DNA from: Lobosporangium transversale
Taxonomy: Eukaryota
DNA: 64,000 nt
Reading direction: 5' to 3'
NCBI RefSeq assembly: GCF_002105155.1
Contig: NW_019029011.1
Location: 62,001-126,000 of the forward strand
Position numbers and translations under genes: made by a program. Shown here piece by piece: positions 10,380-21,595 of the stretch; position 1 is the stretch's first letter; the number at the start of each line of letters is the position of its first letter. The notes below the pieces were generated by a model. The model saw only the letters and a list, made by a program, of their open reading frames with translations. It was not told where the DNA came from and searched no databases.

Positions 10380-11936
10380 ATGAAGCTCCATCCATTTGAC
10401 ATTCCTGAGGTGCTTGACAAAATAGTCTTTCATCTTAAAAGAAGAGATATTCTATCATGTATTTATGTCTCCAAGCCTTTCCACAGGGCGTTCATTAAGT
10501 TTCTATGGAGATCTATCAGTGTCACTCCATGGACTGACTGGCATTCTCTTGGCAGCCAGGAACTTGACAAGTACAAGCATTATATCGAGTCGATTTTTTT
10601 CGTTGGCTGCTTTCCAGAAAACATATTATCCTTACGTGGGTGTGGCCGTCTTCGAAGCCTAGCAGCCAAGTCTGGGGATACGCAGCACTTTGAGGATATC
10701 CAGAGCAGCTTTTCCAACCTTATGATTGCTAACAGTTCCACACTTCGAGAATGCAAGATTGAGGCGTATGCTAGTACACTTCGTTTGTGCAGCAGCAAGG
10801 CTGCGCTTCAGTGCTTTTATCTCAAGGAACTTGAGCTTGACGGTTTTGTTGTCCAGACACAGGAAATTGATCTATTCTTTCAAATGTGCAGTCAGCTCAA
10901 AGTCTTGAAGTTGACTAATGTAGATCTTCAATGGCCATTTGGAGGCCTGATGGGCGCTTTCGGCAGCAATACTGAAGTTGCTGGCAGTCAGCCCGGAGTC
11001 GCTCTCTCAATTTCAGCACCCACTATTAGAAATGTTCAAAAATTGACACTGTTTCAGATTAAAGTCCTGGGATGTTCGCCAAGATCTGAGGCTCACGATC
11101 TAGCAGTTCTAGTCCGAAGCTGTCCAGAATTGAGATCGCTCAAATTGATGGACGACCTCGGGCAGGATGAAGCGCTTGATTTTTGCAGGACTTTGACGCA
11201 AGATCCATGGCCATTACCATGTCTGGAATCATTAGACATTTCGGATGTTCCTTTGGAAGACGAGGATTTGGCGACGCTTTTAGCAAAGATGAATCAACTT
11301 CAACAGTTGTATGCATGGGAGAGTGAATTTGGGCCCCTCTGTCTGAGCGAGCTGCTTAAGTCCAGGAGTTCACTGGATGGAGGAGGAAGGCTCTGTGATA
11401 CAGTCGAAATGCTAACGGTCATCTCACTCAATTCTGAATATGGTATAGTCCAAACGATCATGTCAAGCTGTAAACACCTCATCACACTGAGGTCGGGCGA
11501 GATCACAGTGACAGAGATTGTTGAAGGAAAAGAATGGGTTTGCTCAAAATTAAAAAAGCTTGATGTTGATCTCATATTTGACGGTGCTGATGGAGAAAGT
11601 GAGGAGAGAAAGGCTAAGCAGCAGAAAGTATTTGGACATCTAGGTAAATTGACAAAGCTCCAGAACCTTCAATTGACTGGAGTGACGGCTTCAATTGCTG
11701 GGACAAGGACATTGGATTTGAGATTGGAGTCGGGCCTGGACAAGTTGGTTGGTCTGAAGCAGCTGAGATGTTTAGTATTCTGCCGTGAGAGCCATTGGAT
11801 GGGGTTGGAGGAGGCAATTTGGATGGTGGAGAACTGGCCGTGTCTGATGAGAGTTATTGGCCCCGAAGATAGAGATCCAGACATCGATAAATCGATTGCC
11901 GATATATTTAATCGCAATGGTATTAGTTATGGATGA
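10380..11936 (+). CDS. F-box / LRR (RNI-like) protein, 518 aa, single exon
   Basis: F-box-like start PFDIPEVLDKIVFHL...CIYVSKPFH; LRR repeats; C-terminal EWVCSKLKKL, LDLRLESGLDKLVGLKQLRCL and WMVENWPCL motifs. Confidence 0.85.
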   Translation: MKLHPFDIPEVLDKIVFHLKRRDILSCIYVSKPFHRAFIKFLWRSISVTPWTDWHSLGSQELDKYKHYIESIFFVGCFPENILSLRGCGRLRSLAAKSGDTQHFEDIQSSFSNLMIANSSTLRECKIEAYASTLRLCSSKAALQCFYLKELELDGFVVQTQEIDLFFQMCSQLKVLKLTNVDLQWPFGGLMGAFGSNTEVAGSQPGVALSISAPTIRNVQKLTLFQIKVLGCSPRSEAHDLAVLVRSCPELRSLKLMDDLGQDEALDFCRTLTQDPWPLPCLESLDISDVPLEDEDLATLLAKMNQLQQLYAWESEFGPLCLSELLKSRSSLDGGGRLCDTVEMLTVISLNSEYGIVQTIMSSCKHLITLRSGEITVTEIVEGKEWVCSKLKKLDVDLIFDGADGESEERKAKQQKVFGHLGKLTKLQNLQLTGVTASIAGTRTLDLRLESGLDKLVGLKQLRCLVFCRESHWMGLEEAIWMVENWPCLMRVIGPEDRDPDIDKSIADIFNRNGISYG

Positions 11937-12690
11937 GTCCACCAGAAAAGCAAAGATCGGCAAAAGAGATATACTAGTTTTCTAAAGAGTTTAAGCTGCC
12001 GAGGATAGGGCTTCAGAACATTCGATTTTTTTACTTTTTCACGCGTAAAATTACCGAGATAAATAAATACTAATTAGTGCATGGAACGGTGGATCCAAAT
12101 GGTCCCTTGTATTAAGGGATTTGTTGGCAAGCTGCTTCCCTTTAATGCATACTTAAGGGAATCCTGGGGATAAATAAATTCACCATTGGAAAGTTTTTTA
12201 TTCATCCTTCCATTCATCTTACCAAAACTTTTTGCTTTTCTTATTTGCTTATTCTGCTGCTATTTTCTTAATTGACTTGTATATTCTGTTCTCCATCTTG
12301 ATTAATAAAGCCATTGAATCATCTTCTGCATTAAAAGCAAACCAAAACTACATTTCCATCTGATCGCCTCTTATTCTTATTCCTCGCTGACAGAGAAAAG
12401 ATAAACATGCTTTTATAACTCATGAACAAACTTTTTTACTTGATTCCTGTTCTTTATTTTTTTTGTTCATTCATTCTCCTCCTTCTTTTTGTTTGCATAA
12501 CAAGCACTTTGCCTGTTCCTGAACCCTTCCACGCTGAGCGTTATTCTCTGTTTTGCTCTCTGGTCTATTTTTCTTGTTGGCCGGCCTTCTTTTTTTTTTG
12601 CGACCTTAGTTCCTGTCCTTATTGTAAATACTTCACATAAAAACGAGCTCGGGTACAGCAGCTGAATTTAATTTCTAAAGTAAAGAAGCC

Positions 12691-14030
12691 ATGGGACTAC
12701 CAGTGGGTCGCAATCTCGAGGATGAATTGATGACAAAAATCAAGCGACTGTTTGACAGGATTCTCGACACTGTCAATAAAGAAAATGTATGGTTTTATTA
12801 TTAATATTATTGTTGTTGCCGTTAAACTCTCTGGGTGTGAAGGGAAAAAAAGATGTGACGCTATAACAATATGAACTGTGTTGTGAACTGTGTTGACCTG
12901 TGATTTTTTCTCTTCTGCTTCGCAACATTTTGCCTGCCTTATCAAATATAGCCATCTTATACCTTTGATTTTGAGCAATTGGTGGATTGTTTTGATGAAA
13001 ATGACCCTTTCACTCGACGTGTATTCGACTTTCTGGTTAAGGAGACTGCACTTCGTTACAGAGGGTCTCATCCGAATGCTCGCTCACAGCCTCGTCCACA
13101 CACCATCCACCACTATGCCATGCCAGATAACCGAGCCCTTAACAGCATCGGAAACAACGACAACAGCACAGACATTAGCAGTAATAGCAACAACAGCCTC
13201 GGTCCAGTTAGCATTGCCACGCATCGACACCATTATCACGCTCAGCGCTCATCAGGCAGCACATCCTCAAGTGAGAGGGATTTAACATTGAGATCAACCA
13301 CAAGTGCTGCTGGCTCTCCTATTACCTCAGAAAATGCGCCAACATCTAGCTCCTCAGGAGCCGCACTGAGATATCTCCTTGCAAACCAAGGCTTCGGAAG
13401 TAGTTCATCCAGACGCGCTAGAATGGCTCAAAGATCCTTGTCACAAAGTTTGTACACTTACCAGCAAGGTCAATCCTCACTCCTGGGGGCCATGAGCGCA
13501 CTATCAAACTCTTCATTCACTGAAAACGGAGGATCAGCGCAAAATCGGACCCAACAGGATAATGAGGGGACGAGCGGATCGTCAGGCTCTACGAGTGTTA
13601 CTGATGTGACTGCATCCGCAATAGGATCATTAAGGAGGCCATCTAGACGCGGAGAAACTCTTGAAAGACAGCGCGCTTTTATCTTCCGACCACCATCCAG
13701 AGCAGGTGACCTTTCAACGTCCATGGAAAGTGCACCGGATAGTTTTCGGATTGAAGGATGGAATCCATCAACATCAAGTATATCCTTCACATCTGAGGTC
13801 TACGAGCCAGCTTCTGGCGAGATGCATGGAGTCCGCTCGATGCGTAATATGCAGGAGCATTTCGCCCAGGAGTTACGTCAGGAGCACATTCGACAGTTTT
13901 ATATTCAGACTTTGCAAGCTAGAGGGCGACAAAGGCAGCAGCAAGCGTCTCAACAATCACCATTACAGGAGGCATATCGCAGGTTGCATGGTGAACATGT
14001 GTTGCCCTCTGAAGATTCTTCCCAACAATC

Positions 14031-14061
<31 letters not shown>

Positions 14062-15174
14062 TCATATCAAGCCTTTCAACGGTCACAGACTCCGCATCAA
14101 CCACGATACCAACTCCGTGAAAATGGTTTGATGCTTGTTCAGTACCCACCAAGTTCGCCGTCCTCAACTACCACATCCGAAAGCACTATCAACCGAGATG
14201 CATCTCAATCTGCTCTCTCTACATCGAGCTCTAGTCTAGGCTCTGGTTTACAAGCCCCCTTAGAAGAACGCTACCTCGAGTTTAGTGACAGTACAGAACG
14301 AGGCCGAGCTGCTATGCGAAATGCGCTTGCTACGGGATTGAATATTGAAGAAGACCATCAAATTTTGTTGACGGGCGAGATGAGCCGACGTAGAAGGAGA
14401 CGTGTTATCGGACGTTTTTCCAATATGAACGGGTCGCCTGACATTGCTTCAGATAATTCAAGCGCCATCATCAGCCAGTCGCAGCAAGAACAGGATCTAG
14501 GACAGGAAGGGCCACAGGGCCAAGATCAATCATCCTCAACCGGATCTACAGAACTCACAAATGAAAGTTCACTAGAGCCTTCTAGCTCGCACAGCGAGTT
14601 GCATCGTAGTAGACAGCAATCAACTGAAGATACTGTTACTTTTGAAGACCACAATTGCCCAGCGATTACCATATCATCTCCAAATAATCAGCCAATAACG
14701 TCACAACCTACTACATCAATACCAACTTTAATGCTGAACCACATTGATAGTAATGCGGCCCCAGCTATCACTTCAAACAGCACTAGTAGTGCAAACACAG
14801 AGAATATATTGCGGAGCCATGAGGGTTTAGAACTAGACCCTACGCAGGAAGAGGATGGACATCGACATCGCAGCGTACCTCCAACGCCTCCATCCCCAAA
14901 TCCGAATCGCAATCCGATGCCAACATTCCAAGATCGAAGGCGTTCCTCAATTAACCCTGCAGATATTGAAGCCGTGGTTCGTGAGATGGAAGCCAATGCT
15001 CAATCGAGGGCTCGCCTTGCAGTACAGACCATGGCTCCAATTGCGGAGCCGGTGAGTACAACTGCAACTACGTCTGTTGACACTTCTGCGCGCCCTTTAC
15101 CGTTACCATCGCCACCACAGACGGAGCTAGATAGCGAAGGGACGGTTTCTCGAGCAACACCTCCTCTTCAATAG
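12691..15174 (+). CDS. Hypothetical Ser/Gln-rich, largely disordered protein; exons 12691-12786 and 12952-15174
   Basis: Exon 1 (MGLPVGRNLEDELMTKIKRLFDRILDTVNKEN) ends at a GTATGG donor. The acceptor at 12950-12951 joins it in frame to the 731-aa ORF. A poly-Q (CAACAG)n run lies near 14032-14060. Confidence 0.75.
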
Positions 15175-15179
15175 CACAT

Positions 15180-15288
<109 letters not shown>

Positions 15289-15510
15289 TCCGCCTTCATC
15301 TTTTAATACACGGTCTGAGCATTTACCACACGTTCTTATTTGTAATCCAGCAAACACAATGTCAATCCCTTATTGTAAAGTAGTTTATTTTTATTTTATT
15401 TTATTTTATTTTATTTTTTCTTCTTCCTTCATAATAAACTTCGGTGGGCACAGAATATCCTTACAATGCAGAATGAAGAGTAGAAGATAGAAAGAGAGTG
15501 CGGGGTGATG

Positions 15511-15546
<36 letters not shown>

Positions 15547-15878
15547 CACTGGTTAAGGACTACTATCAACAGCTGCTAATGGAAAGTTTACTGATGGATT
15601 TGACCATGGCGTATGATATGGCCCAATAGGTAGTAAAGCGAAATAATCACCTCAAAGAGGTGCAAAGCGATGTGCAAATGCATGTGCATATTCTGCCAGT
15701 AACGGCCAGAGATAAAAATACCATCTCGATGGCACTTCCTTGCGCGCCCAAAGAAAAAAAAAAAAAAAACTATTTTTGTTTTAAGATTGCTCTACTACAG
15801 TGTAAAAATATTCTGCTAACAATGTATCGTTTGAATGGGATAATCTATTTTAAAATGAATATTCTGAGCTTGAGGAAC

Positions 15879-18570
15879 TCAGCCTTCTACAAGGAGCTTT
15901 TCAACATCATCTGCAGTGTGTACTAGGATCGTAGCTGGGGAGTCATACCCGTTCCTAGGGTCCTCAATTACTTCGCACATACGGCGGTATGCATCTACAA
16001 ATAGTTTTAGATTCTGTGTGCTGATGGTCTTGGCCAGTCTAGATGATACAATCTTGGATAGCCTTGATGTCAGATCCACATTGGCAGAGCCTAAAAAGTA
16101 GCCTAACCTTGAAAGTACTGCAGATATGGATGCCGCATCCATATTAGGTACTGATGAGAGGGGTACCTATTTGGCACAAAAAAATACAGCATTGGCATGG
16201 TGATATTTTCAAAAAGGAAAAATAGCCTACCAAATCTTATAAAAAGATTACCTTTTCATCCTTCGTTTCCATAGCCTGAATAAGTGGCGCAAGACCAGAT
16301 TGCTTGAGCAATACGATATGCTAAAGGCACGAAAAAATACCATAGAAAAGCGTGTCTATGATCAGACTTGGGTTCTGAGGAACAAATGCCTTATACACTG
16401 CAGATAATTATTACATACCTGCTCAACAACAACAATATCAACATATTCTTGAATTTGTTTTTCAAGCTCTTCGACTTTATGTTTCGTGAACGGATATATA
16501 AGAGCCGTCTGGACATAGTGCAGGCAATTCATCATGAAAATAGCTCGATTGAAGGTATTTTGGTTTGCTGCACCGATCTCACAGGCTTGGAAGAGCGGAT
16601 CAACAATAGCGCCCAAGATCGGAGCAAAGTCCTGGTTTCCTTCATCTGCTTGTACGAATGATGTATCAAACGACTTCATTATTTCTTTCAATTGCAACAC
16701 AATCTCCTTAACAGCCGAAGTGGGCCCTAAATCGGCTCCCGGCGTTTCTGGCCGTCTCAAAAGATCTGCTGACTGTTTACCAATAGCCTCATAAAATACC
16801 TGCATGGATGATTGCGAGATATCATGGAGTGTCTTGGACAACGTTGCTTCTGAGCCAATGGCTTTGTCAATCGTCGACGAATAGAACTTGATAAGGTTTG
16901 AGATTCTGAAGGCTTGAATGGCGTTGGCCTGCGATATAAGAACCTGTTCTACTCGAGACTATATATTTTATTCCGATATTTTCGTGTTAAGACCGATGAA
17001 CTGTCATTAATACTTGCAATGCCCCGAACGTATTATCGAAATATAACCAAGTCATACCTTCAACGGCCTAGCAGTTCCTTCTAAATTTTTATCGAGTAGA
17101 GAATCTATAATCTCAGTATCAGACATATCGCTCTCAGCAAGTCGAAGTGGGCTGGGCTTGGGTAATTTGATCTCTATTTGTCCTCGATCCTTGTTTCGTT
17201 TCTCGCTACTCAGCAAGCTCTCCAAGAATTCGCGTTCACTTGCCACTGTTTGATGAATCCATGCCAACATATCTCCAATGTAACGCAGCGGGTCATGAGC
17301 ATGCAGCTCGATGGGTCGGGGTGTGCCTCCTGGCCCTCCCCTTGTTAAAGCGTCAATAAAAGCTCTGAGGATGGCATTGCGACGGACATGGACCAGCTCC
17401 TCCATTATCAGTCTATTTTTAAGAGCATAAGTTCCGTTCGAAGTATGAGTTAACATCCTTGACCATTGTTTTTGGGTCTATCCCTTGTATTGCGCGGAAT
17501 AAAAAGGAAATAAGGCAAGCTTACTTAAAAAAGTGGTCATTTTGCTTCAGTGCCTGGGTGGCCCTCTTAGTCACTTCCCGTACTTCCATCATCCCGTCAG
17601 GTCGAGTCATGTTTTTGCATTCATTTTGCATCCAGCGATATAATTTTTCATAAGAGATGCTACGGTATGTGCGCATGGATTCCATGATTTCTAGACTAGA
17701 TATTAAGTTCCATAAACTGAATGTTAGGTACGAAATCTCATCAATCGCTGCTTAAATCTCGATCCTTATAGCGGAATTCAACTAACCCTGCTCTCTGGTG
17801 CTCTGTGATTAAGAGTGCATTGCAGTCTTCATGGATATTTTCTAAGTGCTCGAGTGCATTAAAGAATGAAGGAGTCACATCCATAGCTGTTGAACAAAGA
17901 ATTGTAATTTCTGACTCTGATAACGTGAACCGCTCCAGAAAAGCCTCCATGATTGTCTGTCGCACCTGGCATATTTTACTATTGTCGAATCAATCATTGG
18001 AAATTGGGATGGATAATGTATTAGAAACGAGAGTATAGAATCTATGTATGATCTTATATAGCCTAATCACCTTTTTTTATAACCTTTGTTCTCTCAAGGC
18101 ATCTGTTTGCTCTAAAAGTGCCTCAGTCTTGTCATTTGCCAAGTTGAGTCTATCCTGCATTTCTTGACAAAGCGAGTTCATTGCGTTCATCTCTGCCTCT
18201 AACTCCAAGAATTGCTAGTATTTTTTTTTTTTTTTTTTTCAGGAACACACAGATTGCTCGGCCATGTTAATCAGGAGAGCAAAAAAAAAAGGCGACTAAG
18301 GATATAGCTGAGATGATGCACTAGCACCGTTTTCATTCCAGTTTTCACTCTTCGTTTCATTACCATATTGACCTTCTCCAATTCATACATGAACTCATAG
18401 TTGACTTCAGTGCCTCTTCGTTCGATGTCACCTCTGAGGTTGTGTCGCGCGTTTACCGCGTTGACCGAGTAGAAATCAGACAAAGCCACGAGCGATGTCC
18501 TGAGTTTTGGGTCATCAAGCGAGGACGAGAGCAGCTTTGCCAGCTTGGCGCCCAATGGATTTGCATTCAT
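15879..18570 (-). CDS. COG6: Conserved oligomeric Golgi complex subunit 6, multi-exon
   Basis: Signature [38 protein letters not shown]-terminal [11 protein letters not shown]...[10 protein letters not shown]; exons linked by GT-AG introns. The exact start is uncertain. Confidence 0.93.
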
Positions 18571-19057
18571 AATAGTTCTTTTCTCCTTGACAGGTGTGAA
18601 AGACGAATGGTTACTTTTTAAAAAAAAAAGTCACTTTATTTAGATGCATACTAAATTTTCTTTTTGACAGAACCTTCGTTCAAACTCATCACAAACGATA
18701 TCGGGTGCAAGCCTAATAATCAAGCAGCAGAACAGATGATACATGTGAGAATGCATTAGCATAAGCTTAAATAAAATAGATTTTTGTCATACGGATCTAT
18801 CTTATCACATAATATTGATAGTAGAATGTGAAAGCGTGAATTTGTCTTGAAAATCAATAACGAAGATCTGAAATATGAAGAAGTGATGGGGATGTGGAGA
18901 AAGATGGAAGCTTTTACAGATTTGCATCACTCTAATGTACAATGCTCCTCACCGTCAAAGGTCAAGCATGATTGCAGACTGATCTTTAACCGCAGCGTGG
19001 ATTTATCTTATTGGAGTATAGCACAAGTCTCTCAAAATACGTTAGAGGCGTAGCTTT

Positions 19058-20926
19058 CTATCTCGAATAGTGTATGACGTTTAGTGTGAACTGAATGATT
19101 GTCATCGTCCAAGGATAATTTCCATCCTTGTGTTGGCTGAATATATAGAAGTTGCTGTAAGTAGAGCAGATAGCCACGGACGATGTTAGCTATGTTGTGG
19201 CTATCACATCTCTGTACATAAATGCGCTGCACTTGGAGCAATAAAGCTAGTGGATAGTAATCTGTCCCACTTGGAGGAATATTATTCATTCAGGCTGACA
19301 ACTATGTAACCAAGCCGATTTGACCCGAAAGAAAAAATAAAAGTGGAGCGCATATATATACTGTTCAGATGAAGTATCTGACACCGGTAGCTGAAAACTG
19401 TTCAATGTACTGGCCAATAGCACTCTGGCAAGTGCGCTTGTTCTTCAAAGTATGGCAAATGACTTCTTGAAGGCAGATCTTAATTTTGGACCTCAATTGG
19501 GGCTTATCAATCAGTATTCTGTTTAGATTGCCATTAGCAGTTCCGATATCAAGAACTTAGTTCGGTGTTCATACTGCATAGCCCTGGTCAAGCCATTTTT
19601 ATCCATTTCGTCCACCGTTTTTCGTGGCTTTGTCGCCTTTTCCTTCTGCTTCTTTTGCTCGCTAGCAAGAGCATCTGCGTTAGAGTTGTTTTTTGCTCTT
19701 TCTACTGTATTGCTTTTTGACCTCTGGAGGAGCATGCTCGAGTTTTCGGGAGTCTTGAATGAATACCGCTCTCGACACTTATACTTCGTTCCTGCGGCAG
19801 AAGGAGGCTATTAGAAAGGAACTCGACCGATAGAGCGAAAGGTATTGAACGTATCTGAGCACTTGTTCTTCTGGAATGCAATGTCCATGTAAAGGTTGCA
19901 AAAGTGGGCTAGAACAACGGAAATGCAGGGGAAAAGGGATAAAGAGCTAGTACATTACCACGCCACCTTCTATTCAAACCAAGTACAGGAGTCTGAAGTG
20001 AAGCTGACAGGCATTTGCTTTGCTGTTGATCCACGGAAATCCGTATAGTGTCTTCAAAGTGCCTGTCAGCTACTCTGTTTCTCTTCACTTCATTGTCTCA
20101 CAAGGGTCTTATACAATGCTCTTGGGGTATTTTTTTTCTTTTTTTAAAAAAGAGGGACTTTAATATGATATCCAAACTTTTAGACTTTTTTTTATAGTAT
20201 GCCATTAATTTATCCATCCTTCTTCCTGGCAATTTCGTAGTTAGGGATGTTTCCAAGTCGGGCTGCCAGTTGCTCACTATGCACAGTACTGTTAGCTGAA
20301 CCCGTGTAATGCTCAGGGTGGCAAGTACATTTGTAAGCTTATACACCAGAATCACTGTCTCGAGGCACAATAACTTCGAGCTGGCAACCAGTCACAATAG
20401 CGACGTTTACTTGGAATTAACATTCTTGAGTAAGTCAGTTCTTGCTCCACAGGTGCTTCGCGAACAAATCTCATGCTTCCTTCGATCAGTGAAAGGCTTT
20501 ACCTATAATGCCTTTGTAATGGTCAAGAATTGTTTCTTTCAGATCCGACGCTTGCTTCCCACGCGTCAATCTGGCTCGTCGAGCCCTTCTTAAGCGTCTA
20601 TCAATGCCTTGGCTCGCACCTTCTCTCAGTGTATATGAGTAAGCCTTTTTCCCTCACAGAGGTCGCCACCGAGATAGTGGGCAAGGTTCCCAGGCGTTCT
20701 ATACCTCCCAGCCCTCTTTCCAGGATCTTGTAGGCTGTATCTAGGGAATGATTGGAGTATGCCCTTCGAATTATGGGAACTAAGGTTCCCGGGATATCGA
20801 GTCTGGTATAGGTGCTGTGGCTCAAGGAGTTGGAAGGGTTAAAGGTCGAGCAGGCTGATGCGTGGTAGTGAAGAGTCGTCTCGTAGCCTTCTTTAGAAGA
20901 AGAGTCCGAGGGCCCTCGATTCCCAT
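19058..20926 (-). mobile_element. Decayed, internally deleted gene with N-terminal FEN1/XPG (PIN-like) nuclease motifs and C-terminal TnpB/Fanzor RuvC-ZnF motifs
   Basis: Motifs occur in order on the minus strand. N-terminal part: MGIEG (ATG 20926), RLDIPGT, YLGG..EGKRLT...*EKVRAKAL (~20676-20610), QVNVAI...PRDSD (~20413-20351), QLTVLCIVSN and LGNIPNYEI. C-terminal part: LGYIVVSLNE*YSSK (19314-19270), VGQITIH*LYCSKCSAFMYRDVIA (19270-19199), HNIANIVRG and DGNYPW (~19126-19109). Many stops and frameshifts. Confidence 0.7.
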
Positions 20927-21011
20927 TACTAAAAGGTAGTATAGGTAAGGACGTAATGTGAAAAATATCAATGGGACTATTAAGGGAAGGAAAAGTGAAT
21001 AAAAGAAATTG

Positions 21012-21053
21012 GCGTAGGGTTAAACAGAAAAAAGAAATAAGAACCCTATACGC
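21012..21053. promoter_or_regulatory. Inverted repeat with two opposed TAGGGTT/AACCCTA (telomere-like / telo-box-like) motifs
   Basis: GCGTAGGGTT (21012-21021) and AACCCTATACGC (21042-21053), about 90 bp upstream of the relic ATG at 20926. Function is inferred only. Confidence 0.35.
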
Positions 21054-21595
21054 AGCGGTTTTCACGTTCTTTTTTTCCCCACTGATGTGAACCGATCGGA
21101 TCGATGGCGCCAGTGGTACACTAGAGGCCGCAAAATATACTGGTAGATCATTGTTCGTCCTTCTTTCTCTTCTGCTCTGCTCACAAGTGTTCAACATGCG
21201 CCCCTTGACGATTGAAAGTTTCTATCAGACAATTAGATGGATGAAGCAGTAAGAATAAGATGTAGGCCCACAAAGAACTATTTATTCAAAAGATGGGATG
21301 TATGAGATCCATGTTTGTTGGACGTTTGCATAAAGGGGCCATTACGATAAGGTGTTTAGCGGGCCCGGTGATCAAAAGCTTTTCATTAGAGGTATTCTCC
21401 TCAAATGGATTCAAACTCTGCCAGGACGTTCATCACAAGCTCGATGCGGCCCTTTGCCGCCACTGCTGCATTTTATATTGAGTACTATGAATCTCATGAG
21501 AGCGACCTCATCTCCATCCTATTGTTTATTTTTTATGCTCTAAACGATTGCTTGAGAAGCACCTGCATTCAAGGCAAATCTGTATATATGGAGTT

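Noticed and set aside
19032..21197. ORF-track proteins 19032..19289, 19523..19735, 20098..20370 and 20601..21197 as independent genes
   Set aside because: Better explained as frame fragments of a single decayed XPG-Fanzor-like gene.
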